A DNA stretch of 64,000 bases from an uncultured bacterium (GCA_965112635.1 OZ218778.1:256001-320000); one strand, 5' to 3'; shown: positions 21,870 to 32,730, counted from the stretch's first letter. The notes: generated from the sequence alone by a model not told the origin. Program-made: numbers and translations.

Positions 21870-22805
21870 ACATGTCTAGCGTCTTGAACACTCCCAGCGT
21901 TGAGGTCAACGGCCTTACGGTCAAATTCGGTAAATTCACGGCTGTGGACAACATCTCCTTCAGGGTCGCCCAGGGAGAGATTTTTGGGTTTTTGGGGGCT
22001 AACGGCGCCGGCAAGACCACGACCATCCGTGTCTTGTGCGGACTCCTCATGCCCACCAGCGGTAGCGTGTCCGTGGCCGGCCTGGAGGTCAAGCAAAGCC
22101 TGCAGGCAATCAAACAAAAGGTCGGCTACATGTCCCAAAAATTTACCCTGTACCAGGACATGACCGTGTGGAGAAAACCTGGCCTTTACCGCGGCCCTGC
22201 GCAAAATTCCCCAGGAAGTCTTTCAACAGCGTAAAAAAGAACTGCTGGAGTTCATTGGCTTCCATGAGCCGGAAAAAACTTTTGTCAAAGACCTGGCCGG
22301 GGGCCTCAAACAGGAAGTGTCCCTGACCGCGGCCATGCTGCACGACCCTGAGATCGTGTTTTTGGACGAACCCACAGCCGGGGTGACCCCGGCCAGCCGC
22401 CAGCGCTTTTGGGACCTCATCCGCCAACTCTCCGCCAAGGGCAAAACCGTTTTTGTGACCACCCATTACATGGATGAAGCTGAAAACTGCGGCCGTATCG
22501 CTCTCATGCGGGCCGGCCAGATCATAGCCCTGGATACCCCGGAAAACCTTAAAAACACGCGTTTTCCTTATCCTCTTTATGAGATCACCCCCAAACCAGG
22601 GGCAGCCCCGGACTGGCTTGACCGTCTGCAAAAGGACAAGCGCCTGGATTTGTCACCTTACGGTCTGCGTTACCATTGCGCAGTCAAAGATAAAGCAGCT
22701 TGGCCGGAAATTTCCACATTTTTAAGCGAGCAAGCCGCTTCCCATCCTATCAAACCGTCCCTGGAGGATGTTTTTATCCAGCTTGTGGAAGGAGTGGACC
22801 GATGA
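21866..22805 (+). pseudogene. ABC transporter ATP-binding protein with a +1 frameshift near 22172 (possibly a sequencing error)
   Basis: GANGAGKTT...YMSQKF in one frame continues as ENLAF...LDEPTAGV...THYMDEAE in another; removing one A restores TVWENL. Confidence 0.8.
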
Positions 22806-23923
22806 ACTCCTTTTTTGTCTGGACCAGAGCCTTGTCCATCGCCCGCAAGGAGACCCGGCATGTGCTGCGCGACCCCTTTACGCTGGGCCTGGCCTTGGGG
22901 TTACCCCTGGCCATGGTGGTGTTCTTCGGGCTGGCCATAGATTTTAACGCCAAGGACTTGAAACTCACCATCTATGACCGGGACCAGAGCCGGGCTTCTC
23001 GCCAAGTGGCGGATGCGTTCCAAAGTTCGGGCTATTTCCGGGTCAAGTACGGCAACCTCAACGTCAATCCCACCAATGACCTGGACGCGGAAAGGGCCAA
23101 GGCGGTTTTGATCATTGAACCGGAGTTCCAGCAAAACCTGGGAGCCGGCCGTCCTACCCGGGCCCAGCTGCTGGTGGACGGAGCGGACAATTCTACGGTC
23201 GGCATGATCCTGGGTTATGTGGCCGGTATCCAGCAGTCCGCTGCCGAAAAGTTCACCGGCCAAAAGGTCGTCCAGCCCATTACCCTCAAAACCCGTTTCC
23301 TTTTCAACCCCGAGCTCAACACCCAGTGGTTCATCGTCCCCGGCCTGGCCGCCACGGTCATGGCCATCCTGGCCATTCTTTTGACCGCCCTGACCGTGGC
23401 CCGCGAATGGGAGAACGGCTCTATGGAACTGCTGCTGTCCACACCCGTTAAACCACTGGAGATCATCGCCGGTAAAATTGCCCCCTACCTTGTCATCGGG
23501 CTTTTAGCCCAGGCCACGGTCTATGTGCTGGCCAGGGTGGGCTTTGGGGTGCCTTTTGAGGGCAGCCACATCCTGCTTTTGTTTGGCAGCCTCCTGTTCC
23601 TGGCCGCCTATTTTGCCCAGGGCATCCTGATTTCCGTGACCGCCCGCCAGCAGCAGATCGCTATGCAATTAGCCATGCTCACGGGTATGCTGCCGACCAT
23701 GCTCTTGTCCGGGTTTGTCTTTCCCGTGGAAAGCATGCCTCCCTTCTTCCAATACCTCTCCATGATCATGCCCGCCCGCTGGTATATGGAGATCCTGCGG
23801 AGCCTGTTCTTGCGAGGTGCTGATTTGGTCCAGCTGGCTATCCCTTTTGGAGCCCTGGCCTTGATCAGCGTAATCATGGTCACGGCCGCCACCAAACGCT
23901 TCAAAACGGATGTGGAACCATGA
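22802..23923 (+). CDS. ABC-2 transporter permease (YbhS-like)
   Basis: ARKE...RDP, FNPEL, AREWENGSME, LLSGFVFP; ATG overlaps the previous stop. Confidence 0.9.
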   Translation: MNSFFVWTRALSIARKETRHVLRDPFTLGLALGLPLAMVVFFGLAIDFNAKDLKLTIYDRDQSRASRQVADAFQSSGYFRVKYGNLNVNPTNDLDAERAKAVLIIEPEFQQNLGAGRPTRAQLLVDGADNSTVGMILGYVAGIQQSAAEKFTGQKVVQPITLKTRFLFNPELNTQWFIVPGLAATVMAILAILLTALTVAREWENGSMELLLSTPVKPLEIIAGKIAPYLVIGLLAQATVYVLARVGFGVPFEGSHILLLFGSLLFLAAYFAQGILISVTARQQQIAMQLAMLTGMLPTMLLSGFVFPVESMPPFFQYLSMIMPARWYMEILRSLFLRGADLVQLAIPFGALALISVIMVTAATKRFKTDVEP

Positions 23924-25032
23924 ACCAAACTGTCGTTGGATTCATCAAAAAAGAGCTTATCCAGGCCTTGCGTGACAACAGGATGCGGGTTCTTATTTTT
24001 ATCGCGCCCCTGCTGCAGACCTGTATCTTTGGTTTGGCCATCCAAACCGAGATTAAAAATATCCAGCTTTCCGTCATGGCCTCACCCAGCGACCGCCTGA
24101 TGAGCCGTATCGCGCAAAGAGCTTTTGCTTCCGGTTGGTTCATTCCGGCCGCCAGCCATGAGACCGACCCTTTTCGACAGGTCCAGTCCGGCCAGGCTGA
24201 CGCCGTCCTCGTGGCCCCTAAGGAGGGCTTGGATGCTGCCGTGGAAAGGGGCCGGGGCCAGGTGCAATACCTGGTCAACGCCAGCAACGTCCTCAAAGCC
24301 AGCGCCATGGAGAACTATATGCAGGCCGCCATCCAGGAAGTCGTCCAGGACAGCGCTTCCAGCCTGCCCAGCGGGGCTGTACCCGCCATACCCCTCAATC
24401 TGGATATCCGCATCCTCTATAATCCCGAGCTGATATCCTCCGTTTTCATGGTGCCCAATGTCATTGTGTTCATCCTCTGCCTGGTTTCCATCGTCCTGAC
24501 CGCCATGGCCCTGGCCCGGGAAAAGGAGATCGGCACCTTTGAGACCCTGCTGGCCTCGCCCGCCAAACCCTGGGAGATCATGATGGGTAAAACTATTCCC
24601 TTTATCATTATCGGGTTCATTGATGTGCCGCTGGTCATGTGTTTTGGGGTGTTCTTTTTCAGCGTGCCAGTGAGAGGCTCTATCCTTCTCTTGGGCCTAT
24701 CCTCCGCCGTGTTCCTGTGCACCACGGTGTCGGTCGGTATCATGATCTCGACCCTGGCCAAAAACCAACAGCAGGCTATGATGGGCAGTTTTATGTTCCT
24801 GTTCCCTGCCTTTATGCTTTCCGGCATCTTTTTCCCTGTGGAGAATATGCCGTCCTATTTAAGGTTCGTGGCCTACCTCAACCCCCTGAAATATTTCGTG
24901 GCTATTCTGCGCAACATTATGCTCCGGGGTGGGGACCTTTCGTTGGTGGCTTATAATCTAGGCGTGCTTATTTTAATGGGAACTCTTGCCGTGCTTTTCA
25001 GCTACAGGCGTTTTCATCAGACCTTGGACTAG
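23920..25032 (+). CDS. ABC-2 transporter permease (YbhR-like)
   Basis: IKKELIQALRD, YNPEL, AREKEIGTFE, MLSGIFFPVENMP. Confidence 0.9.
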   Translation: MNQTVVGFIKKELIQALRDNRMRVLIFIAPLLQTCIFGLAIQTEIKNIQLSVMASPSDRLMSRIAQRAFASGWFIPAASHETDPFRQVQSGQADAVLVAPKEGLDAAVERGRGQVQYLVNASNVLKASAMENYMQAAIQEVVQDSASSLPSGAVPAIPLNLDIRILYNPELISSVFMVPNVIVFILCLVSIVLTAMALAREKEIGTFETLLASPAKPWEIMMGKTIPFIIIGFIDVPLVMCFGVFFFSVPVRGSILLLGLSSAVFLCTTVSVGIMISTLAKNQQQAMMGSFMFLFPAFMLSGIFFPVENMPSYLRFVAYLNPLKYFVAILRNIMLRGGDLSLVAYNLGVLILMGTLAVLFSYRRFHQTLD

Positions 25033-25035
25033 ACA

Positions 25036-26058
25036 TCAGCGTGGGGGGCGCGCTTCCAGTTTTTTTTCCAGCCGCGTTTGCAGGATCACCCGCCGGCCTC
25101 CGCTAATCTTGAGGATCCGCTCCACCGTCATAGAGCGCGTTAGCGCAACATAGATCATCTGGTCGTCACGCAATCCCCGAAAGTAATGCTCAAAGTCGTC
25201 CGCCGCAGCGTCGTTGAGCTGCACACCCCGGAGGTTCTCCATTTTTCGCCAGCAGGGAATGTGCTGCGTGTGATAGCCGCAGAGGTGGATCGTACCGCCC
25301 TCGGGATAAACCCTTAGCACCTGCGCGTCCAAAGGCGCGACATGCTCCGCGTAGGCCTGGGGCCCTACCAGCTGGGTCGAGCAGCCGCAGATATGGCCGA
25401 ACCCGTCCGGTGCGTAACGGTGCGAAGAGGCATAAAATCGGACTCGTTTTTGAGGAAAACGCTTACGGATCAGCCGGTGCAGGGCCTCTATGGTGTCCGC
25501 GATCACGGCCAGGCCGGCCATATCCGCGGTTTCTACCAGGGAAAGCGCCATAAGCGCACGCTCGCCAAAGAGGTTTAGGGCAATATTGAGCGGTGAGGCA
25601 AATACAGGGGTCGTAAGAGAGATTCCCTTTGGCAGGCTGGACAGAGCCCGGCTCATAGCCTCCAGCGACCAGAGCACGAGTTCCGCGTGCTCTACGTCAA
25701 CAGGTTTCAAACTCCCCAGTTCAGTTGGAAGCTGGTCAGCCCAAAAGTTCCCGTCCCGCTCGCTGACATGGGCTCCAAAAAGCGCGTCCACAAAATGCAC
25801 TCCCAATGGCCAGAACTCGGCTACCAGCGGACTGAACGTGATTGTGTCAGCTCCCAGGCTGGCGTTTTCCTCAAAGGAACGAATCATCGCCTTGAGCCAC
25901 TCTGCAAAGGACTCCTCATCCGGCCGCAAATATTCCCTTTGAGGTATGTTGGCGATTGAAAGCACTGACTCGCCCGGATGCCCGATATACAAATCCCTAA
26001 ACGCCTTCACATGGGCTTCCTGGGCAATCTTAATCGCAGGATCACTAAGTTTCACCAT
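25036..26058 (-). CDS. Divergent URO-D-like TIM-barrel protein
   Basis: CSTQLVGPQAYAEHVAP and TIHLCG resemble the URO-D/MtaA ISP..Y..F..P and H.CG motifs. Confidence 0.55.
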   Translation of the reverse strand: MVKLSDPAIKIAQEAHVKAFRDLYIGHPGESVLSIANIPQREYLRPDEESFAEWLKAMIRSFEENASLGADTITFSPLVAEFWPLGVHFVDALFGAHVSERDGNFWADQLPTELGSLKPVDVEHAELVLWSLEAMSRALSSLPKGISLTTPVFASPLNIALNLFGERALMALSLVETADMAGLAVIADTIEALHRLIRKRFPQKRVRFYASSHRYAPDGFGHICGCSTQLVGPQAYAEHVAPLDAQVLRVYPEGGTIHLCGYHTQHIPCWRKMENLRGVQLNDAAADDFEHYFRGLRDDQMIYVALTRSMTVERILKISGGRRVILQTRLEKKLEARPPR

Positions 26059-26103
26059 TGGCTTCCTTTCCAGCCTAGCCCAAAATGTAATGTCATGGTG
26101 AGC

Positions 26104-26643
26104 TTAATCAAAGACGACATCCTCATTTTGCACATACCCGCGGTTCTGGACTTTAGCTTTGGTCCTGTTTCTTTTGACTTTTACTTTTTCCGTCACAGGC
26201 CCTGTCCCCTCAGGAACAGCCTGCTTTTCCCTGACCGTATTGGCCTTGAGGAATTTTTTGACGGCTCCGATGACCTCATCCTCATAACGCGGATGGCTCT
26301 CCAGGACCCACTCCGTGAACTGCCCCAGCTCTTCTGGGGACACTTTGAGCCACAGGCTGTTCTTGTCCAGCCAGGCCAGGAGCACGGCCAGGCTGACCTG
26401 CTTCTGGGCCTGTTTGCCGAACGGCGGCTCTTTGAGGAATCGGTAGAACAGGACCGCGCCTTTGTCCAAAGTGCCGGGATAGGGATTTTGGTCAATGAAA
26501 TTCTCGAACGGCGCAGCCAGGTCTTTTTCCAGGATATTGGCTGGCCTGGGATCAGCTACCTCTGCCAGTCCCTTTTTGACCATCTCGCTGACCAGGTACT
26601 CCACTTCTGCCAGACCAAGCCGGGTCATCAGCGTCCGCTCCAT
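26104..26643 (-). CDS. Fic/Doc-like protein with a degenerate catalytic motif
   Basis: YPGTLDKGAVLFYRFLKEPPF matches the Doc YP....KAA.L....I.NHPF context, but HPFxDGNKR is replaced by PPFGKQAQKQ. Confidence 0.6.
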   Translation of the reverse strand: MERTLMTRLGLAEVEYLVSEMVKKGLAEVADPRPANILEKDLAAPFENFIDQNPYPGTLDKGAVLFYRFLKEPPFGKQAQKQVSLAVLLAWLDKNSLWLKVSPEELGQFTEWVLESHPRYEDEVIGAVKKFLKANTVREKQAVPEGTGPVTEKVKVKRNRTKAKVQNRGYVQNEDVVFD

Positions 26644-26897
26644 TTCGACAATATGCCGCCAAAATCACTGGATATCCGCTCCAGACAAGTATTGAGGCGC
26701 TGAATATCCTTTTCGCCCAATGTTTTGCCCAAAATACCGTCTATATGGTCGCTGGGAATCACATAATTCCGGCCGATTTTCTCGCCTGTTATCAGGCCTT
26801 TTTTGACCTTTTGGAATACCGCTATCCTGCTGACTCCCAATAAATCAGCAACTTGTTTAATCGTTAAATATCGTTGTTTTTCAATCACTTTAACCAA
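26628..26897 (-). CDS. Helix-turn-helix (excisionase-like HTH_17) protein
   Basis: YLTIKQVADLLGVSRIAVFQKVKKGLI..EKIGRNYVI. Confidence 0.8.
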   Translation of the reverse strand: MVKVIEKQRYLTIKQVADLLGVSRIAVFQKVKKGLITGEKIGRNYVIPSDHIDGILGKTLGEKDIQRLNTCLERISSDFGGILSKWSGR

Positions 26898-27121
26898 CCT
26901 ATGTTAATAATATCTATCTAACTTAACAACAGTTAACTTACATAATATCTTAACATATCCATCAAAAAATGCAATATCGACAGGCTTATTTGATTTTACT
27001 CAGGAGTTGCATATCACAGGATTTCTTATAGCAATGGTTTTAGGTGAATTATCAAGTTTGGAAAGGAGTAATAGGGAATCCCTTTGGACATTTGTGCCGC
27101 AAACCTTGCAGTTTCTCTTCC

Positions 27122-28408
27122 CTATTTCCCCTGGTTTTTGGGGCCTCGGTGCTGGCTGTGGCTGAAACTATGACCTTGCCCCTGACCGTAGTGGCTCTGG
27201 GGCCTGTGGCTATCTCCGTGGTGGCCCTGGGGCCTGGAGTGGTGCGGATGGTGGGGATGGCCTCCTCCTAGATAGCCGGTAGGCGGTTTTTCATTATAGT
27301 CAAAGTCGGGCAGGAGCACGGCCGGCAGTTTTTTGTTCACCAGTTTCTCGATATCCCGAAGCATCAGGTTGTCCTGGGGTGTGACAAATATAAAAGCGTC
27401 GCCTTCGGTATCTTTGCGGGCGGTCCGGCCGATACGATGGATATAATCCTCGGCGGCCTGCGGCACATCGTAGTTGATGACATGAGTGATGTCCGTGAAA
27501 TCAATACCCCGGGCCGCAATATCGGTCGCGACCAGGACCCTGATATCGCCCTTTTTGAAACGATGGAGCACTTCCCGGCGGTGGGTCTGGCTCTTGTCGC
27601 CGTGGATGACCTCGGAATCCACCCCGTGCCGCCTGAGCTTTTGCACCAGGGAGTCCGCCGAATGCTTGCTCCGGACAAAGACCAGGACCGAGTAGAGCGC
27701 CTGCTGTTCCAGCAGTTTGATCAGGAGCTTGGTCTTGAGATGCCGCTCCACCGGGAACATGGCCTGGCGGATGCCGCTGGGCGGGGCCTCCCGGCCCACC
27801 CGCACGGTCACCGGGTCTTTGAGGACCACATGGGTCAGTTCTATGATCTCCTGCGGCATGGTGGCTGAGTAGAGCAGGGTCTGCCTTTTGGCCGGGACAT
27901 AGCTCAGGATGCGCTTGATATCCGGCATGAATCCCATGTCCAGCATCCGGTCCGCCTCGTCCAGCACCAAAACCTCCAGATTGTTGAACTTCGCGTACCC
28001 CCGGCGCAGGTGGTCCATAAGCCGGCCCGGTGTGGCCGCGATGATGTCAAAACCGGTGCGCAAGGCGTTCTCCTGGGCATCAAAACCCACCCCGCCGTAG
28101 ACCGCCGCGCACCGAATCTTGGTGTGGTAACCTAAGGCCGTAGCCTGCTCATCTATCTGGGCAGCCAGCTCCCGGGTGGGCGTCAGGATGAGGACCCGGA
28201 TGCCTGTCCCGCGGTTGTGCAGGATGCGGTGCATCAGGGGGATGAGGAACGCCGCGGTCTTGCCTGTGCCGGTCTGGGCCGTGGCGATGAGGTCATGGCC
28301 TTTTAAAACCTCAGGGATGGCCTGTTCCTGGACAGGCGTTGGTCGGGTATATCCCATATCTTTGATGCCGCGGAGCAGGTCTGGATGCAGGTTAAATTTA
28401 GCGAAAAT
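27122..28408 (-). CDS. DEAD-box RNA helicase, RhlE-like, with His/Gly-rich tail
   Basis: Q motif, AQTGTGKT, PTRELA, DEAD, SAT, HRIGRTAR; start uncertain (ATT at 28408 follows AAGGGGG). Confidence 0.92.
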   Translation of the reverse strand: MFAKFNLHPDLLRGIKDMGYTRPTPVQEQAIPEVLKGHDLIATAQTGTGKTAAFLIPLMHRILHNRGTGIRVLILTPTRELAAQIDEQATALGYHTKIRCAAVYGGVGFDAQENALRTGFDIIAATPGRLMDHLRRGYAKFNNLEVLVLDEADRMLDMGFMPDIKRILSYVPAKRQTLLYSATMPQEIIELTHVVLKDPVTVRVGREAPPSGIRQAMFPVERHLKTKLLIKLLEQQALYSVLVFVRSKHSADSLVQKLRRHGVDSEVIHGDKSQTHRREVLHRFKKGDIRVLVATDIAARGIDFTDITHVINYDVPQAAEDYIHRIGRTARKDTEGDAFIFVTPQDNLMLRDIEKLVNKKLPAVLLPDFDYNEKPPTGYLGGGHPHHPHHSRPQGHHGDSHRPQSHYGQGQGHSFSHSQHRGPKNQGK

Positions 28409-28575
28409 GGGCGTTTCCCCCTTTTCATAGATTAAATATCTCTCCAAGTATAGCCTTTTAATCTGCCTATAACTATCAAATATTGCGGAAGCGGCTGTCT
28501 TCTTTATTTGGTGCCGGATTGTTATAATTACTCCGCTGGTCATTTCAAACTAGAACAGAAAGGCAGGCAAAAAAT

Positions 28576-30093
28576 ATGAAATCGTACTATATCGGAGTGG
28601 ATTGCGGGACCCAGAGCACCAAGGCAGTGGTCATGGACGGCCAAACCGGGGCCATCCTGGGGAGTGCCAGCGAGACTTATGACCTCATCCCCGGCCTTCC
28701 TGCCGGCCACAAAGAGCAGCACCCCGAGACTTGGATAAAAGCGGTCAAGCACTGCGTCCAAAAAGCCGTGAAACTTTCCCATGTGGACCGCAATAAGATA
28801 AAAGGCATAGGTATTTCCGGCCAGCAGCACGGTTTTGTGGCCCTCGACAAGGACGACCGGGTCATCCGTCCGGCCAAACTTTGGTGCGACACCAGCACCA
28901 TCAGCCAATGCCATACCATCACCCGCAAGGTCGGCGGCGAAGACAAAGTCATCCAGCTGACGGGCAACACAATTTCAGCCGGCTTTACCGCTCCCAAGAT
29001 CCTCTGGCTCAAGGAAAAGGAACCCAAAAATTTTGGCCACTTGGCCTGCGTGATGCTTCCTCATGATTATATTAATTTCTGGTTGACCGGCGAAAAGATC
29101 ATGGAGCCAGGGGATGCCTCAGGCACCGCCATGTTTGATGTCAAAAAACGGTCCTGGTCGGACAAGGTCGTCCGGGTGGTTGACTCCAGGCTGTCCACCA
29201 AACTCCCTCCAGTCGCCAAAACCTACCAGTCCATCGCTACCTTGCGGCCTGGGGTGGCTAAAGAACTGGGGCTCTCGCCTGATGTCCAGGTCAGCCCCGG
29301 CGGCGGCGACAATATGATGGGAGCCATCGGCACCGGCAATGTGGAGCCGGGTATGGTCACAGCCAGTCTGGGTACATCCGGCACCATCTATGCCTATTCC
29401 CCTAAACCCATGGTGGACCCGCGGGGAGAGATCGCTGGGTTCTGCGACAGCACCGGCCACTGGCTGCCCCTTCTTTGCACTCTGAGCGTGACCGTCTCCA
29501 CCGAGCTGGCTAAAAAAGCTTTCCAGCTGGGCAATGACGCCTTGACCAAAACCGTGGCCAGGGTGCCAGCCGGAGCCGGCGGCCTCCTGCTGCTCCCCTA
29601 TTTTGAGGGCGAACGCACCCCCAACCTGCCCGAAGCCACCGGAGTGTATTTTGGCCTCAGGGAAAAGACTTTCCAGCCTGCCGTGATGGCCCGGGCCGCT
29701 ATGGAAGGCGCGACCCTGGGCATGAACTACGGCCTCAACCGGATGAAAGCCCTGGGTATCCGGCCCAGGCAGATACGCTTGATTGGCGGCGGGTCAAAAA
29801 ATCCGGTGTGGCGGCAGATGGCCGCGGACATCTTCAACGTGGAAGTGGTCAGTATGGTCCAAGCCGAAGGCGCGGCCTTTGGCGGGGCGCTGCAAGCCCA
29901 GTGGTGCTGTGAAAAAACCAGCCTCCCGGCTCTGTGTCAGCGGTTTGTCCAAACAGACAGCAGGACCAAATGTGTCCCGGACAAAAAAAAGGCAGCCCTT
30001 TATCAGGAGCTGCAGCATATCCATAACGCCCTGTCCGCCAGTCTAAAACCGGCCTTCCATCTCCACCGCCGTTTTTTAGAGAAGCACGGTTAA
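28576..30093 (+). other. xylB: Xylulokinase
   Basis: GVDCGTQSTK, GISGQQHG, AKLWCD, GGGDNM, GERTP FGGY-family motifs. Confidence 0.9.
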
Positions 30094-30118
30094 GCAGGCA
30101 AAAACACCTTTCCGCGCC

Positions 30119-30514
30119 CTAGACACAGACTGTTTCCCCAATACCCAGCAGGTCTTTGACCTGATCGATAAAACTCCTATTATCTATGGGCTTGGAAATA
30201 TAGGAGTCAAACCCGGCTGCCCATATCTTTTCCTGTTCGTCTCTCATAGCCAGGGCAGTCAGGGCCACGACCTTCACGCCCGCGGTCCTTTGCTCACCCC
30301 GGATCCGCTTAAAAATGGTAAAGCCGTCCACCTCCGGCAGATTGATATCCAGCAGGACGAGGTCGGGGACACAGCTTTCCAGCACCCGGAAGCACTCCTC
30401 CGCGTTGAACGCCTTCAGCACCCTGAGCCCCTGCATTTCCAGCAGGGCCTCGGCAAGCCTCATATTCGCTTCATCATCCTCTACCATCAATACTGTTTTG
30501 CTTTGCGTGAACAT
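30119..30514 (-). CDS. Single-domain response regulator (DivK-like)
   Basis: VEDDEANM, LDINLPEVDG, ALTALAM, YISKPID. Confidence 0.88.
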   Translation of the reverse strand: MFTQSKTVLMVEDDEANMRLAEALLEMQGLRVLKAFNAEECFRVLESCVPDLVLLDINLPEVDGFTIFKRIRGEQRTAGVKVVALTALAMRDEQEKIWAAGFDSYISKPIDNRSFIDQVKDLLGIGETVCV

Positions 30515-32687
30515 GAACTCCTCCTTGTAGGATCAAAATTCTTTCCGCAGTTTCCGTGCCGCAAACTTCTCCCGGTGCCGGCTGCGGCCTGACTGCGCTG
30601 AGATCCGGTAAAGCTAAATAAAACCGGGAACCCTTGTCTTTGCCCTTGCTCTCGCACCACAACCGGCCTTTCTGCATATCCGCTATTTTCTTGGAAAGCG
30701 CCAGGCCCAGCCCCGTGCCTCCATACTGGCGGTTGAGGCCGCCCTGGACCTGTTCAAATTCATTAAATATCCTGAGCTTGTCTTTTTCTTCGATACCGAT
30801 GCCCGTATCCTCAACGCAGATGCTTATCTCCCCGTTGTTTCCGCCCGCGGTCAGGCGGATCTCCCCGCCTTCCGGGGTGAATTTGACCGCGTTGGAGAGC
30901 AGGTTATTGACCACCTGCTTTATCATGCGTTCATCCGCATAAACAACGCCCGCTTCCCTGGCCACCTGCAAAGAAACTTTGATCCTCTTTTTCTGGATCT
31001 TATCCGTCACCATCATCAGACTGGACTCCAGGAGCTTTCTGAGATCCACCTCGCTCGCCTCCGAGGTCACTTTGCCGGTCTCTATCTTGTTCAGGTCCAG
31101 AATATCGTTGATCAGGGAAAGCAGATGCTTGCCGCTATCGTAGATATTTAGGGCATACTCGGACTGCTTAGCGGTCAGCGGCCCGACATCGCCCGACTTC
31201 ATCATGTCCGAAAACCCGATGATGGCATTAAGGGGAGTTCGTAATTCATGGGACATCGTGGCCAGGAAAGCCGACTTGGCCCGGTTGGCGGATTCGGCCG
31301 TTTCACGGCCCAGATTGGCCTCTTCAATTTTTTTGCTCAAGGTGATATCCCTGACCGTGGCCTGCAGGAATTGCTTACCCTCCAGTTCCATGCGGGTCAG
31401 AAGTACGGTAGCGGGGAAATCCTCGCCGTTTATCCGTTTGTGTGTCCACTCAAATAGGTTATTTCCCTCCCGCATCGCTTTTTCGATCATTTCCTTGGCC
31501 TTTTCGCCGGATGGCCGGCCGTCCGGCTGTTTTTCCGGGGATAACTTACCCGGTCTGTAGGAATTAAAATCCTTTGAGTCCTTTGCTCCGAACATCCTGA
31601 CCGTTTCCGGATTTCCTGAGGTGAAATTCCAGTCAGGCGGCTTCAGGGTCATCAGGGCGTCGCTGGAATATTCAAATAGATAACGGTATCTTTCTTCGCT
31701 TTTTCTCAGGGATTCTTCCATGGTTCGGCGGGAGGTGGCGTCACGGAATATCCCCATCATATACTGCTTGCCTTCCAGTTCGATTTGGTGGGAACTGATA
31801 TCCGCGTAAATAAGGGAGCCATCCTTTCGTTTAAAAGGCACATCTGTTTCCATCAAAACCTGGTTTTTGGGGCCTTTATCAAATCTTTCCGCGGCACTCC
31901 CAAAAGCCTGGGGAGGATGGATATCCCTGACGCCCATGCGAGTCAATTCCTCATGCCCGTAGGCCAGGAGTTGGCCCATGCTCTGGTTCGCGTCAAATAT
32001 TTTCATGGTTTGGGGGTCCACCAGCATGATGCCGTCCGAGGCATGGTCAAAAATGGCCTTGAACTTGCCTTCCCCCAGGCTCAAGGCTTTGCTGGTCCTG
32101 TTCCGCTCGGTGAGGACCATCCTTTGGGCGATAAGAAAACCAATAAAGACGAAGAACCCGACCACCCCAAAGACATTGTTCCGGGCCTGGATGTTTTTTT
32201 GCATCGTGGAAACGAACAGCGACCTGATAGTGTTCCTCAAGGTGAAAGCATTTTTGAATACTTCATCGGCCTGCCGGGGACCCGGTTGTTCCAAAGTCCC
32301 TGGGGTGGCTGCGCCATATTGGACCGGCGTATCCTGGATCCACAGGGGGGACATACCGGACAGGGTGGCCTCAAAGTTTTTTTGGACTTTTTGCAGGAGC
32401 GCCTTGTCCTGGGCGCTGGTAAAACTTTTGAGGGCTGTAGCCAGCAGGCCCTCTAAAGTGCTGGTTTTTTTATCCCACTCGGTTTTTAGTTGCTGGCTGG
32501 GATACAGCAGGTACCTGGCCCTCAGGACGATCCTGGCCGAAACCGTGTTGCTCATTTCATCGGCGAGCTGGAGGTTCCGGCTGGCCAGGGTAATATCCCT
32601 CAGGGTCCAGGCCAGGGCCAGGAGCATGAGCACGACCCCTCCCGCATATATCCATCCATTGTCTTTCATCCATTTATCCATCCTCAT
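30474..32687 (-). CDS. Membrane PAS-PAS sensor histidine kinase
   Basis: Two TM helices, two PAS domains, intact H-box MSHELRTPLN, NAVKFT, GTGLGL. Confidence 0.9.
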   Translation of the reverse strand: MRMDKWMKDNGWIYAGGVVLMLLALAWTLRDITLASRNLQLADEMSNTVSARIVLRARYLLYPSQQLKTEWDKKTSTLEGLLATALKSFTSAQDKALLQKVQKNFEATLSGMSPLWIQDTPVQYGAATPGTLEQPGPRQADEVFKNAFTLRNTIRSLFVSTMQKNIQARNNVFGVVGFFVFIGFLIAQRMVLTERNRTSKALSLGEGKFKAIFDHASDGIMLVDPQTMKIFDANQSMGQLLAYGHEELTRMGVRDIHPPQAFGSAAERFDKGPKNQVLMETDVPFKRKDGSLIYADISSHQIELEGKQYMMGIFRDATSRRTMEESLRKSEERYRYLFEYSSDALMTLKPPDWNFTSGNPETVRMFGAKDSKDFNSYRPGKLSPEKQPDGRPSGEKAKEMIEKAMREGNNLFEWTHKRINGEDFPATVLLTRMELEGKQFLQATVRDITLSKKIEEANLGRETAESANRAKSAFLATMSHELRTPLNAIIGFSDMMKSGDVGPLTAKQSEYALNIYDSGKHLLSLINDILDLNKIETGKVTSEASEVDLRKLLESSLMMVTDKIQKKRIKVSLQVAREAGVVYADERMIKQVVNNLLSNAVKFTPEGGEIRLTAGGNNGEISICVEDTGIGIEEKDKLRIFNEFEQVQGGLNRQYGGTGLGLALSKKIADMQKGRLWCESKGKDKGSRFYLALPDLSAVRPQPAPGEVCGTETAERILILQGGVHVHAKQNSIDGRG

Positions 32688-32730
32688 ATTCCTGTCCCCC
32701 TTCCCAAAATAGCCATGACCCTTTGATGCA

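Noticed and set aside
26920-26940. Possible CtrA box TTAA-N-TTAAC
   Set aside because: The spacer is 6 nt, not 7, and there is no evidence of an alphaproteobacterial context
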